Below, one piece after another: positions 1-8,018 of a DNA stretch of 21,588 nucleotides. The DNA comes from Deltaproteobacteria bacterium (GTDB taxonomy: Bacteria > Myxococcota_A > UBA9160 > SMWR01): NCBI GenBank assembly GCA_032128375.1, contig JAQBGU010000059.1, forward strand, positions 1 through 21,588. The letters run 5' to 3'. The translations under genes were made by a program, and so were the position numbers. Below the pieces are notes generated by a model. The model had not been told where the DNA came from, did no database searches, and was given only the letters and a program-made list of their open reading frames with translations. The first letter of the stretch is position 1. Each line of letters begins with the position of its first letter.

Positions 1-720
1 GGGGGTGTGATTGTCAGCGTTGGCCGCGGGCATGACGTGCCAGCCCGCGTCCAACGCTTTTACGTAGCTGTCCTCGGTATAGAACCACGAGTCGTTCCAC
101 ACATCGATGAGGCCCATGCCTGCGTAGCGCTGCGGGCTCCAGAAGTCGAACTCGAAGAACTCGTGCGACACGTAGGTCGGGTGGTTCCACTGCCCGACCG
201 CACCGGGCTGCTGGCCGAGCCAGTCGTAGAAAGCGGGCAGCACCACGTTCGGTGCTCCGTGGCTCCCCGGTGAGGGTCGTTGCTCGGGATCTTCCGGCAC
301 CGGCGGGAAGTCGCGCGTATTGAACACGTTGATTTCGCCGCTGCCAGCGATCCAGTACTCGTAGCCGGCCATCGCGACGAAATTCCGCGACGTGTAAAAA
401 TCGGCGGCGGCCAGGTTGTCTTCCCATTCCTCTGGTGAGAGCCAGAACCCGTACGAGTCGTGCTCGGTCGTCGCCAGGAAGTCCGCGCCGGCGGCGATGG
501 CGGTCGCATAGGCGTCCCAAGGCGTGCCCACGCCATCGGAGTAGCCGGTATGTGTGTGCAGATCGCCGAAATAGAGGTTGTAGCGGGGTACCGGCTTCGC
601 GAAGACGTGCCCGACAAACAAGCCTCCCGCGATGAGCGCGGCGAGCGAATGAACCGCCGCCAATCGAAAGCCGCCGAGAGACCGGCACCCTTTTTCACCA
701 GCTGAGCTGCTGAGCCGCAT
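1..720 (-). CDS. PHP-domain (CehA/McbA-like) metallohydrolase, probably secreted; 3' end runs off the window
   Basis: Not in the ORF track; translated by hand from ATG at 720 with GGAGG upstream. Reads MRLSSSAGEKG...LAALIAGGLFVGHVFAKPVPRYNLYFGDLHTHTGYSDG...DFLATTEHD...AGYEY...QWNHP...ALDAGWHVMPAANADNH. HxH, EH, NHP and DNH metal-ligand motifs fit the PHP fold. Hydrophobic N-terminal stretch ends in VFA. Frame stays open to base 1. Confidence 0.85.
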   Translation of the reverse strand, partial: MRLSSSAGEKGCRSLGGFRLAAVHSLAALIAGGLFVGHVFAKPVPRYNLYFGDLHTHTGYSDGVGTPWDAYATAIAAGADFLATTEHDSYGFWLSPEEWEDNLAAADFYTSRNFVAMAGYEYWIAGSGEINVFNTRDFPPVPEDPEQRPSPGSHGAPNVVLPAFYDWLGQQPGAVGQWNHPTYVSHEFFEFDFWSPQRYAGMGLIDVWNDSWFYTEDSYVKALDAGWHVMPAANADNHTP

Positions 721-1024
721 AGCCTCGCCTCCATTGATCCCACGGTTCGGGGCTCGATCGTCCGCCCGAAAGCGCCATGGTGTCAAGCGCCTTGTTGACT
801 CGGGGCCACCGCATCGGGTCACTCGCGAGACGAGCGCATCCGACAGCTGCGCGGCGTGCGCGGTGAAAGGCGGCGTTTTCCAGGGGTGAAAATCCCATCC
901 GGCGACAGATCTGCCACCAACCCGTCCTGCAGGCGGCGCCGGAGCGCATGACCCGCCTGCTACTCGAGCACCTCTGCGAGCATGCCCGGTGACGCGCCAG
1001 CGACGGCGTGAACTCGGGGACGCG

Positions 1025-1759
1025 TCAATGATCGGAATCGATCCAGGCGACCGGTTCCTTCAGCTCGTCGGGAGCCGTCCGCTCCCAATAGCGCGCGGCG
1101 GCGGACAGTGACTTCTCCATGATCGATCTGGCTTTCTCCGTCTGCTGGCTCTCGATCGCGCGCACAACCATCTCGTAGTTGCGCAGCGCCAATCGTCTCT
1201 GCTTCTCGTCCCACTTGGCTCCCGCGTCCATGGACATCCGGTGCAGCGCATCCACCAGAAGCGCGAGGACGCGGTTGCCCGATGCGGCAGCGACGAGACT
1301 CATGAAGCGGCGGGCCTCGTCTTTGAAAAGCTCCGAATCGTGAACGCAGGTGTGTATCCTGGCAATACTCTGCTGCAGCGTCGCGATGTCCTCGCGGCTC
1401 GCGTTCTCCGCGGCCTGCGATGCCAGCACCGGGTAGATCGCGCGGCGCGCATCCACAACTGATCGGAAGGACGCGTCGGCGAATTGAAGATGGAGTGAAA
1501 GCACGCTCGCGAGATGATCGGCGCCCGGAACGCTCACGATGGGGCCACCGCCAGGACCCGCCTTGATCCGAAGTGCGCCCTGGAGTTCGAGGAAGCGAAG
1601 CGCCTCGCGGACCGTGGCACGCGCTACACCGAACTTCTCCACCATTCGGTGTTCGGAGAAGAGCGGCGTGCCCGGCCGCAGACGCCTGCGCCTGATCTCG
1701 CTCACGAGCTTCCTGGCTACGCGAACGGCGGCGCGTTCGCGGGTGCGCTTTACACTCAT
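1025..1759 (-). CDS. GntR family (FadR/FCD subfamily) transcriptional regulator, 244 aa
   Basis: wHTH signature LRPGTPLFSEHRMVEKFGVARATVREALRFLELQGAL..GPGGG, followed by an FCD-like helical domain (AASGNRVL). Start moved from 1948 to ATG 1759, which has GGAGG 10 nt upstream. Confidence 0.93.
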   Translation of the reverse strand: MSVKRTRERAAVRVARKLVSEIRRRRLRPGTPLFSEHRMVEKFGVARATVREALRFLELQGALRIKAGPGGGPIVSVPGADHLASVLSLHLQFADASFRSVVDARRAIYPVLASQAAENASREDIATLQQSIARIHTCVHDSELFKDEARRFMSLVAAASGNRVLALLVDALHRMSMDAGAKWDEKQRRLALRNYEMVVRAIESQQTEKARSIMEKSLSAAARYWERTAPDELKEPVAWIDSDH

Positions 1760-1811
1760 GCCGTCCGTGCCTCCGTTTCGGTAGGGATGTCGTTCGAAAT
1801 CGTCGGAACGG

Positions 1812-1841
1812 TTGACGCGTGAATAACTAGTATCATAGTAT
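1812..1841 (+). promoter_or_regulatory. Putative sigma70-type promoter for the acyl-CoA dehydrogenase, overlapped by the putative operator
   Basis: TTGACG (1812-1817), 18-nt spacer, TAGTAT (1836-1841), in an AT-rich island upstream of RBS GGAGGA (1870-1875) and GTG 1880. Confidence 0.5.
1825..1840. promoter_or_regulatory. Putative GntR/FadR operator, copy 1 (AACTAGTATCATAGTA)
   Basis: Near-palindrome AACTA-N6-TAGT(A) between the divergent regulator and ACAD genes; 15 bp identical to 6585-6599. Confidence 0.7.
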
Positions 1842-1879
1842 TGCCGGCCCGGCCCCGCCTGCAACCGTCGGAGGACTCC

Positions 1880-2406
1880 GTGTCGATCGCACTCAGTGAA
1901 GAACGTCGAGAACTCGCGCGCGTGGCCCGTGCCTTCCTCGAGTCCCACGCCGCTCGGGCGGAATCCCGCGCGTTATTGGAAGAGCCGAGTGAGCGCCTGC
2001 CAAAGCTTTTGGAAGGAGATGGCCGAACTCGGATGGATGGGCCTGCATGTCGACGAGGCCCTGCGGCCAGGGATTCGGGCTCTCCGAGCTCTCGATCGTC
2101 CTCGAAGAGCTGGGCTTCGCGATGGCGCCCGGACCGTTCCTTCCCACCACACTGGCCGCCGCCCTGCTCGCCGAACGAGGCACCGATTCCGCACGCACAG
2201 CCTGGATACCCGGGCTGGCCGACGGATCGCTTGTGGCAGCCGTTGGACTCGGCGGAGATCTCGAGATCAGTCCAGACGGAAGACTCGCGGGGTCGCCCGG
2301 GCTGGTGTTAGGCGCTGGGCTCGCCCAGCTTCTGCTGGTCTGCATTGGCGACGACGTCGCGCTTCTGCAGGCGAACCAACCCGGCGTGACCGTCGAACCG
2401 CAGAAT
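1880..2406 (+). pseudogene. Acyl-CoA dehydrogenase N-terminal fragment (resembles actinobacterial FadE22-type ACADs), frameshifted and truncated
   Basis: Three frames join into MSIALSEERRELARVARAFL...RLP / SFWKEMAELGWMGLHVDEA / GQGFGLSELSIVLEELGFAMAPGPFLPT...VLGAGLAQLLLV..GDDV. Frameshifts near 2003 and 2062. Similarity stops near 2406, where the sequence abuts the converging crotonase remnant. Confidence 0.85.
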
Positions 2407-2427
2407 GGGCAAGAATTGGGAGTGGCT

Positions 2428-2843
2428 TCAGTGGCCGCGAAATACGGGCTTTCGCTTCTGAAGGATCGCGCGCACGGCTTCCTTGTCATCATCGCTCCGG
2501 AGCCCGCGACCTGTGTACCTGAACTCGTCGCGCAGGTGGGCTTCGAGGTCGTCCGGGAGACCGATCCGCGTGACCAGGCGCTTCGTCTGTGTTGCGGCAA
2601 GTGGCGCGACTTCGGCGATCTTCTCGCAGTAGGCAATAAGGGCCTGATCGAAGCCATCGGTGTCGACGACTGCGCCGACCAGCCCGAGCGCAAGCGCTGC
2701 GTCGGCATCGAGCATCTCCTGCTCGAGAAAGAAGCGCATCGCCCGCTCGTGATCTTCTTTTCCGGTCGATTCAGCCGAAGGATCCGGACCCCATTGCGGG
2801 TTTCCTCGAGCAGAACGGGTTCTCTTGCGGATGTGTTAGTCGT
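2428..2843 (-). pseudogene. Enoyl-CoA hydratase/isomerase (crotonase) pseudogene with a large internal deletion
   Basis: N-terminus TTNTSAREPVLLEETRNGVRILRLNRPEKK (2843-2754; ACG where ATG is expected) is joined out of frame to the C-terminus HERAMRFFLEQEMLDADAALALGLV...APLAATQTKRLV...DKEAVRAILQKRKPVFRGH*. The catalytic core is absent. Confidence 0.85.
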
Positions 2844-2846
2844 GGA

Positions 2847-5291
2847 CTATTCGAGGACGCCAGCGATGGCGAGTTCGGTGATTCTGCCCTGGTCGTAGCC
2901 CAACAGCTCTTCGAGGATCTCCTGGTTGTCCCGCCCCAGCGTCGGCACACCGCGACGAACCCGGGCGGGCGTACGCGAGAGCTTCGACCGAGTGTCCTCG
3001 ACGATCGTGTAGGCCTCGCGCGACTCGAGCCGGACGAAGTGTCCGCGCGCCTGTAGTTGCGGGTCGGAACAGGCGGCGGCGCTGTTCTGGACCCTGTGGC
3101 AGGCGATTTCGGCGCCCTGCAGCCGCGCCTCGAGCTCACCGCCATCATGCGTTCGGGTAAGCTCGGCGACGGACGAATCCAGTTCCTCGAAGTTTTTCAG
3201 CCGCTGGTTCGCATTCGCGAAGCGCGGATCGTTGGCGAGCGCATCGCGACCGAGCTGCCGGCACAACTCCCGAAAGCCGCGGTCTCCCTCGACCGCAATC
3301 GCGATCCATCGATCGTCTCCGGCCACCGGGTAGCAGCCGTGCGGCGCGAGCAATTCGTCTTGATTTCCTCTGCGCGTCGGGTCGGCATCGTTGACGAGTG
3401 CGTCGAGCACGGCCGGCGCCAGAAAATGTAGCGACGCCTCTGCCTGGGAGAGATCGAGGTGCACTCCCTCCCCGGTGCGGTGTTTTTGATCGAGGGCGGC
3501 CAGGATGGCGGACGCAAGGAACTTCGGATTGATGTAGTCCGTATAGGCACTGTAGGGTCCGGACGCCTCGCGATCGGACCAACCGGCCATCTCGTGGAAG
3601 CCCACGATGGCGGCCGACAGGTTCCCGTAGCCAGAGAACTTCGCGAGTGGGCCGGTCTGGCCCATCAGAGATGTACTGAGCATGATGAGGTTGGGATTGA
3701 CTTCGAGCAGTTCGCCGTAGCCGAAGCCCAGCCGGGCCATGGTTCCGGGTGTGAAGGCCTCACACACAACGTCGGCCCAGCAGACCAGATCGAGGACCAC
3801 CTGGCGTGACGCGGGCTTCGCGAGGTCGAGCCCGAGCATCAGCTTGCTCGCGTTCATGCCATGGAAGAGGCTTCCGGTCTCCCTCCCGAACTTCCGATCG
3901 ACGAAGGGCCGACCGCCGCGGATCGGGTCCTGCTTGGACGCAGACTCGACGCGTACGACCTCGGCGCCGTAGTCCGCAAGCATGCGCGTCCCCGCCGGCC
4001 CCGCGATTGCCCACATGAAGTCGAGGATCTTGACGCCCGTTAGCGGGAGACTCCCCTGCCCCGGCGGCTGGGTCACGAGGGGGGTGGGAAGGACACTGGC
4101 GACCGAATCCCGTTCCGCGAGAAGCTCGGCAGAGTGCTGACCGACTCGGGGTGCACGGGGCGCGGGCCGCGGCGTGCTGTCCGCAGAGCGAACGAAGGTG
4201 CCGAGCTGTCGCGTGACGCCGCCACCGTCGGGCCGTTCGAGGGATTGGAAGTAGCCCCGTTCGGCGAGCTGCTCGCTCACTACGACGTCACGTATCCTCG
4301 ACGCCGGCGCAACCAGAATTTTGCGCTGCATCGCAATCTCGAGCAGCTCGGCCTTCGTCTTCGACGCCGTCCACGCGGCGATGACCGCCTTGGCCCGATT
4401 GTGGGTATCCACCGATTCGACGCCCTCGGCGATCAGCGAGACGATGGCGATCCAGTCCTTGTCTCGCAGTTCCTCGTCGCAGAAGCCATCCTCGCACACG
4501 ACCCGCATCAACCGAGCGGTAGCGGGGCCGAAGGCTCTTCCAAAGAGGTGGGTGATCGAGACGTGTCCGTCGCGCGCGGGGTACAAGCTACGAAGCTCGA
4601 GATCCCCGACCCAACCTCCACCACGGCTCGCGCCGGCAGAGTTCACGGCCGCAGCAACGATGTCGGATTGAGTTGCGAGCGTGACGGCCTGTTGGGCGGA
4701 CACGTCGACATGTTGCCCGCGACCCGAACGCCGGCGCTCGTGGAGTGCTACGAGCGTCGCCGCGGCTGCCTCCGCCCCCGCGTGCAGGAACGACTGCGGA
4801 ACGGAGATCCGAACCGGGGGACGATCTGCGTCGCCCATCAGCCAGAGGGCACCCGATGCCGCGAAGACCGTGAGGTCGCTCGCCGCCCAACCGGCCTTGG
4901 GTCCCGATTGACCGAAGGGCGTCACCGACACATAAACGAGCGCGGGGTTCAGGCGCGAGAGTTCTTCGAAGCCCAGGCCGAGCTTCTCCATCTCACCGGG
5001 CTTGCGGGACTCGACGAGTACGTCGGCGCTCGCAACAAGCCGCAGCAGCGCGTCGCGGTCGTCCATCGACTCAGGCTCGAGCACCACGCTGCGCTTATTG
5101 CGACTGTAGGCCCACCAGAAAAGCGAGCACTCGGGATCGCGCACGTCACCGGCAAAGGGCCCCTGCCTCCGCGCCTGCGACCCAGCGGGCGGTTCGACGC
5201 AGACGACGTCGGCACCAAGCTCTCCGAGCACGAAGCTGCAGAAGATTCCCCTTTCGTCGGAGAGGTCCAGGACGCGGTACGGGCTCAACAT
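2847..5291 (-). CDS. Family III (CaiB/BaiF) CoA-transferase with two fused domains, ~814 aa
   Basis: Domain 1: LSPYRVLDLS...LGADVVCVEPP...NKRSV...LNPALVYVSVTPFGQSGP...GRGQHVDVS. Domain 2: PLTGVKILDF...GPAGTRMLADYGAEVVRVE...NPNLIMLSTSLMGQTGP...YTDY...GEGVHLDLSQ...PHGCYP. Start at ATG 5291 with GGAG upstream. Confidence 0.93.
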   Translation of the reverse strand: MLSPYRVLDLSDERGIFCSFVLGELGADVVCVEPPAGSQARRQGPFAGDVRDPECSLFWWAYSRNKRSVVLEPESMDDRDALLRLVASADVLVESRKPGEMEKLGLGFEELSRLNPALVYVSVTPFGQSGPKAGWAASDLTVFAASGALWLMGDADRPPVRISVPQSFLHAGAEAAAATLVALHERRRSGRGQHVDVSAQQAVTLATQSDIVAAAVNSAGASRGGGWVGDLELRSLYPARDGHVSITHLFGRAFGPATARLMRVVCEDGFCDEELRDKDWIAIVSLIAEGVESVDTHNRAKAVIAAWTASKTKAELLEIAMQRKILVAPASRIRDVVVSEQLAERGYFQSLERPDGGGVTRQLGTFVRSADSTPRPAPRAPRVGQHSAELLAERDSVASVLPTPLVTQPPGQGSLPLTGVKILDFMWAIAGPAGTRMLADYGAEVVRVESASKQDPIRGGRPFVDRKFGRETGSLFHGMNASKLMLGLDLAKPASRQVVLDLVCWADVVCEAFTPGTMARLGFGYGELLEVNPNLIMLSTSLMGQTGPLAKFSGYGNLSAAIVGFHEMAGWSDREASGPYSAYTDYINPKFLASAILAALDQKHRTGEGVHLDLSQAEASLHFLAPAVLDALVNDADPTRRGNQDELLAPHGCYPVAGDDRWIAIAVEGDRGFRELCRQLGRDALANDPRFANANQRLKNFEELDSSVAELTRTHDGGELEARLQGAEIACHRVQNSAAACSDPQLQARGHFVRLESREAYTIVEDTRSKLSRTPARVRRGVPTLGRDNQEILEELLGYDQGRITELAIAGVLE

Positions 5292-5429
5292 CCCAATCGC
5301 GACTCCACTGGCGAGCAAATGGGCGGATTCAGCATTCGGCTGTCCCGACGACCGCGCCGCAGTGGGCGTCCTCGACTTTGCAGAGGATCTCTTCGTAGTC
5401 GGTCGTCCAGTCCATGCGCATGCTGTGTT

Positions 5430-6508
5430 TCAGTGCTCATGCAATACACACCTAAGCCAGGCTGATAGGTAGGTGCGTGATGCTACTGATAAAATTGGAT
5501 TGCATCCTTTCGGGTGGACCCGTGAGGCGGACGTTCGGGAAAACGTCGCAAGAATTCCTCGAGGGTGGCGCGCATCGTAGTCGCGGACGCGCTCCTTGGT
5601 GCGGTCGAAGGTGCGCAGCAAGTCCCGGAGGAACTCTGACCCATTCTCGACGGATGCGACCCGCAGGTTGGGGAAGCGCTCGAACAATCGGTCGAAGACC
5701 AGGCTGGCGAGGAAGTCGTTTATGTTTCGAGGGCGCTGAAAGTTGGTGATGCTCGGGCGCGGGAGCATGCTGAGGGTGTCGATGCTTTTGGTGTCGTAGC
5801 CATTGCTGTCATGCCGCGTGGCACCGATGTGCGTCACCACGGTGATGCCGGCCTCGTTCACCCGAGCCCAGAACGGATCGAAGTCCTTGTGTCCCGGATT
5901 GCGCGGTCCGTTTCGCGTGTACACGGCGCTGGGGCGCATCACCAGAATGCGTGCATCGCGCTCCAGCGCCCATTCGAGTTGCGCGCACGCCCAGCCGACG
6001 TCGGCCAGTGAGATGTACGGCGAGGTGAATATGCGGTCCTCGTAGTTGAGCCCCCAGTCCTCGTCCAGCCACTGGTTGAAGGCGCCGAAGGTGGTGCATA
6101 CCGCATCCACGTCCTTCTTCAGCGGCTCCTCGTAGAGGACGCCCAGCGTGGGAAAGAGCCACGCGGCGTCGAGGCCCTGCTCGTCCATCCGCGCGATCCG
6201 CGCGTCGCGGTCCTGGTACTCGGGTGGCATCGGCTCGAGCGATGAGCGGATCAGCTCGACGCTGGTCATGCCGCGTGGATTGCCGCGGAATAGCTCGCGC
6301 AGGACGCCCGGCTTCGAGATGGGATCGAAGGTGGGATTTCCCGAGCGGTCGATCTTTCCACCGACCACCTGGACTTCCGCCCGCCCGCGAACTCCACCCA
6401 CTCGACGCAGCGGGCCCGCATTCGCTTTGGCACGTGACGGATGAAGGCATCGTGTGCCTCGTAGTAGTGGTTGTCGGCGTCGAAGATGGGGCCCTGGTAG
6501 ATCGCCAT
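5430..6508 (-). pseudogene. Amidohydrolase_2 family metal-dependent hydrolase, frameshifted and C-terminally truncated
   Basis: RBS AAGGAGG and ATG 6508 give MAIYQGPIFDADNHYYE...GGRK. After a frameshift near 6372 it continues QVVGGK...MDEQGLDAAWLFPTLG...AFNQWLDEDW...DPFWARVNEAG...H...LFERFPNLRVASVENG. Family-like sequence ends near 5577, and no terminal GSDxPH-type motif is seen. Confidence 0.88.
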
Positions 6509-6584
6509 GTCCACTTCCTCCTTCGGGCATCCGCGCTCGTGAAAAAAAATGCATGGCGGCCGCCGAGGGCACTTACGAGTGATC

Positions 6585-6600
6585 AACTAGTATCATAGTT
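6585..6600. promoter_or_regulatory. Putative GntR/FadR operator, copy 2 (AACTAGTATCATAGTT)
   Basis: Perfect AACTA-N6-TAGTT dyad ~77 nt upstream of the amidohydrolase start; contains TATGAT (-10-like) on the minus strand; 15 bp identical to 1825-1839. Confidence 0.7.
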
Positions 6601-7164
6601 TCTTGATTCCGCAAAGACCAGGTCGCGAGACGTCTTCTTCGTTCATCTCTCGCCTGTTTAGCGAGCCAGAACTCGCAACGCAGACGGTCGCGGTTGGGCG
6701 GGGAGTGAACAGCGATTGTGTTTGCGGTGCCGATGATCGAGTTTATCAGCGGGCGTCGCGGAGGCAGAGGCTGCTGAGCGACAGCGTTGAGTGGCGTTGC
6801 TACCCCCTCGGCCGGGATGGGCTCAAAGAGGCTTCCGCGCGCGCGCTGGGAGGGCGACACATCCACTCGAATCGTCCCGTGCTGCATTTCGGGCAACCGG
6901 ACCATTCGGCCACTGATGAGCAAACAGATGGATCGCGGCTCGCCGAGCGCGCTCGATCAATCCACTTCGCGGCGAACTCCCCGACCTCGAATGGGCGCAC
7001 CCCGAAGCGTGGGTTCCAGTACGCGCTTGCGGCCGACCGGGGCACCGCTGGATTCGATCGGACCGTGGTACGATTTGGCATCGAAGGCGGCGTTTCGGCC
7101 CGTCCCGGCGGCGCGATGCCCCGGCCGCGCAAGCGCAGGTCTTTTGGGCAGCGGGAGTTAGAAA

Positions 7165-7731
7165 ATGGCAGCAGCAAGAGGATCTGCGCGAGCACTCCGT
7201 CTGCGTGTTTCGCTTCGGGACATGGAGCCCGAAATCTGGCGAACTCTACTCGTCCGCGAATCTGCCTCGCTCGCGCGACTTCACGACGCGATACAGCGAG
7301 CGATGGGCTGGACCGATAGCCATCTCTACGAGTTCGAGATCGACGGGCGGCAGTTCACCGATCACGACACATGGGAGCCCTTCGATGATGATGACGAGGA
7401 GCCGGGCGACTCTCAGATCGTCAAGCTTTCGGATCTCCAACTGAAAGAGGGCAGCGGCTTTGCGTACCTCTACGACTTTGGCGACTACTGGCTGCACGAC
7501 GTAACCGTCGAGGAGCGGCTTCCGATCCCCAAGGGCCAATCGCTGCCTCGTTGCACCGCCGGGGCGCGGGCATGCCCCCCCGAAGACTGCGGAGGCGTTT
7601 CTGGTTATTTCGAGCTTCTCGAGGCGCTTCACGATGTCGAGCATTCGGAACATGAGAGCTACAAAGAGTGGGTCGGAGGTGCGTTTGATCCCGAATCGTT
7701 CGACCTGGAACGTGCGAACGCTCCTCGTTAG
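7165..7731 (+). CDS. Plasmid pRiA4b ORF-3 family protein (IS1096 passenger TnpR-like), 188 aa
   Basis: Family motifs LRVSL..MEPEIWR..LV...LARLHDAIQRAMGWTDSHLYEF, YLYDFGDYWLHDVTVE, PRCTAGARACPPEDCGGVSGY and FDPESFDL. GGGAG RBS upstream. Confidence 0.93.
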   Translation: MAAARGSARALRLRVSLRDMEPEIWRTLLVRESASLARLHDAIQRAMGWTDSHLYEFEIDGRQFTDHDTWEPFDDDDEEPGDSQIVKLSDLQLKEGSGFAYLYDFGDYWLHDVTVEERLPIPKGQSLPRCTAGARACPPEDCGGVSGYFELLEALHDVEHSEHESYKEWVGGAFDPESFDLERANAPR

Positions 7732-8018
7732 GCCACTGTCAAGTTCGCCCGTCTCCCGCAATTCGCTCGCAAGCTTGCGAAGCGACCCGGGTCCTTCGGC
7801 GACTCCCTTTCCGTGGGTCGGGCGCCGACCCTCGTGCTGCCCGGTCCGTTTGCAATCCCAGCGAAACCATTGTGTGAATCTCGAGGCTGCTTGGGCGGTC
7901 TGGAGAGGAGATCCGGCTCTTCGACAGAGCAAAGAGAGTCCGATTTGAAATCGATTGCCTAGACACCGCAATGCGGGTCGAATCGCGAAATCCATACGAT
8001 TCGAGGGGGTACAGTTCC

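Noticed and set aside
7..743. Track ORFs 14..688, 60..743, 7..273 and others
   Set aside because: Shadow frames of the PHP hydrolase encoded in the third minus frame; Arg/Pro/Ser-rich with no motifs.
2047..2898. 283-aa plus ORF as an intact gene
   Set aside because: Chimeric: the first ~120 aa are the ACAD fragment, and the rest is antisense read-through of the crotonase remnant.
4134..5465. 443-aa plus ORF (likewise 10787..12679 and 18414..19715)
   Set aside because: Antisense to well-supported genes; long shadow ORFs are expected in high-GC DNA.
6603..7160. ORFs 6603..7319, 6573..6923, 6787..7161 and 6800..7195
   Set aside because: No recognisable motifs or convincing RBS, and they overlap each other. 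The region may hold unrecognised remnants, but I cannot support a call.
7764..7785. Palindrome TCGCAAGCTTGCGA after the pRiA4b gene as a terminator
   Set aside because: No U-tract and no second copy in the window; function cannot be supported.
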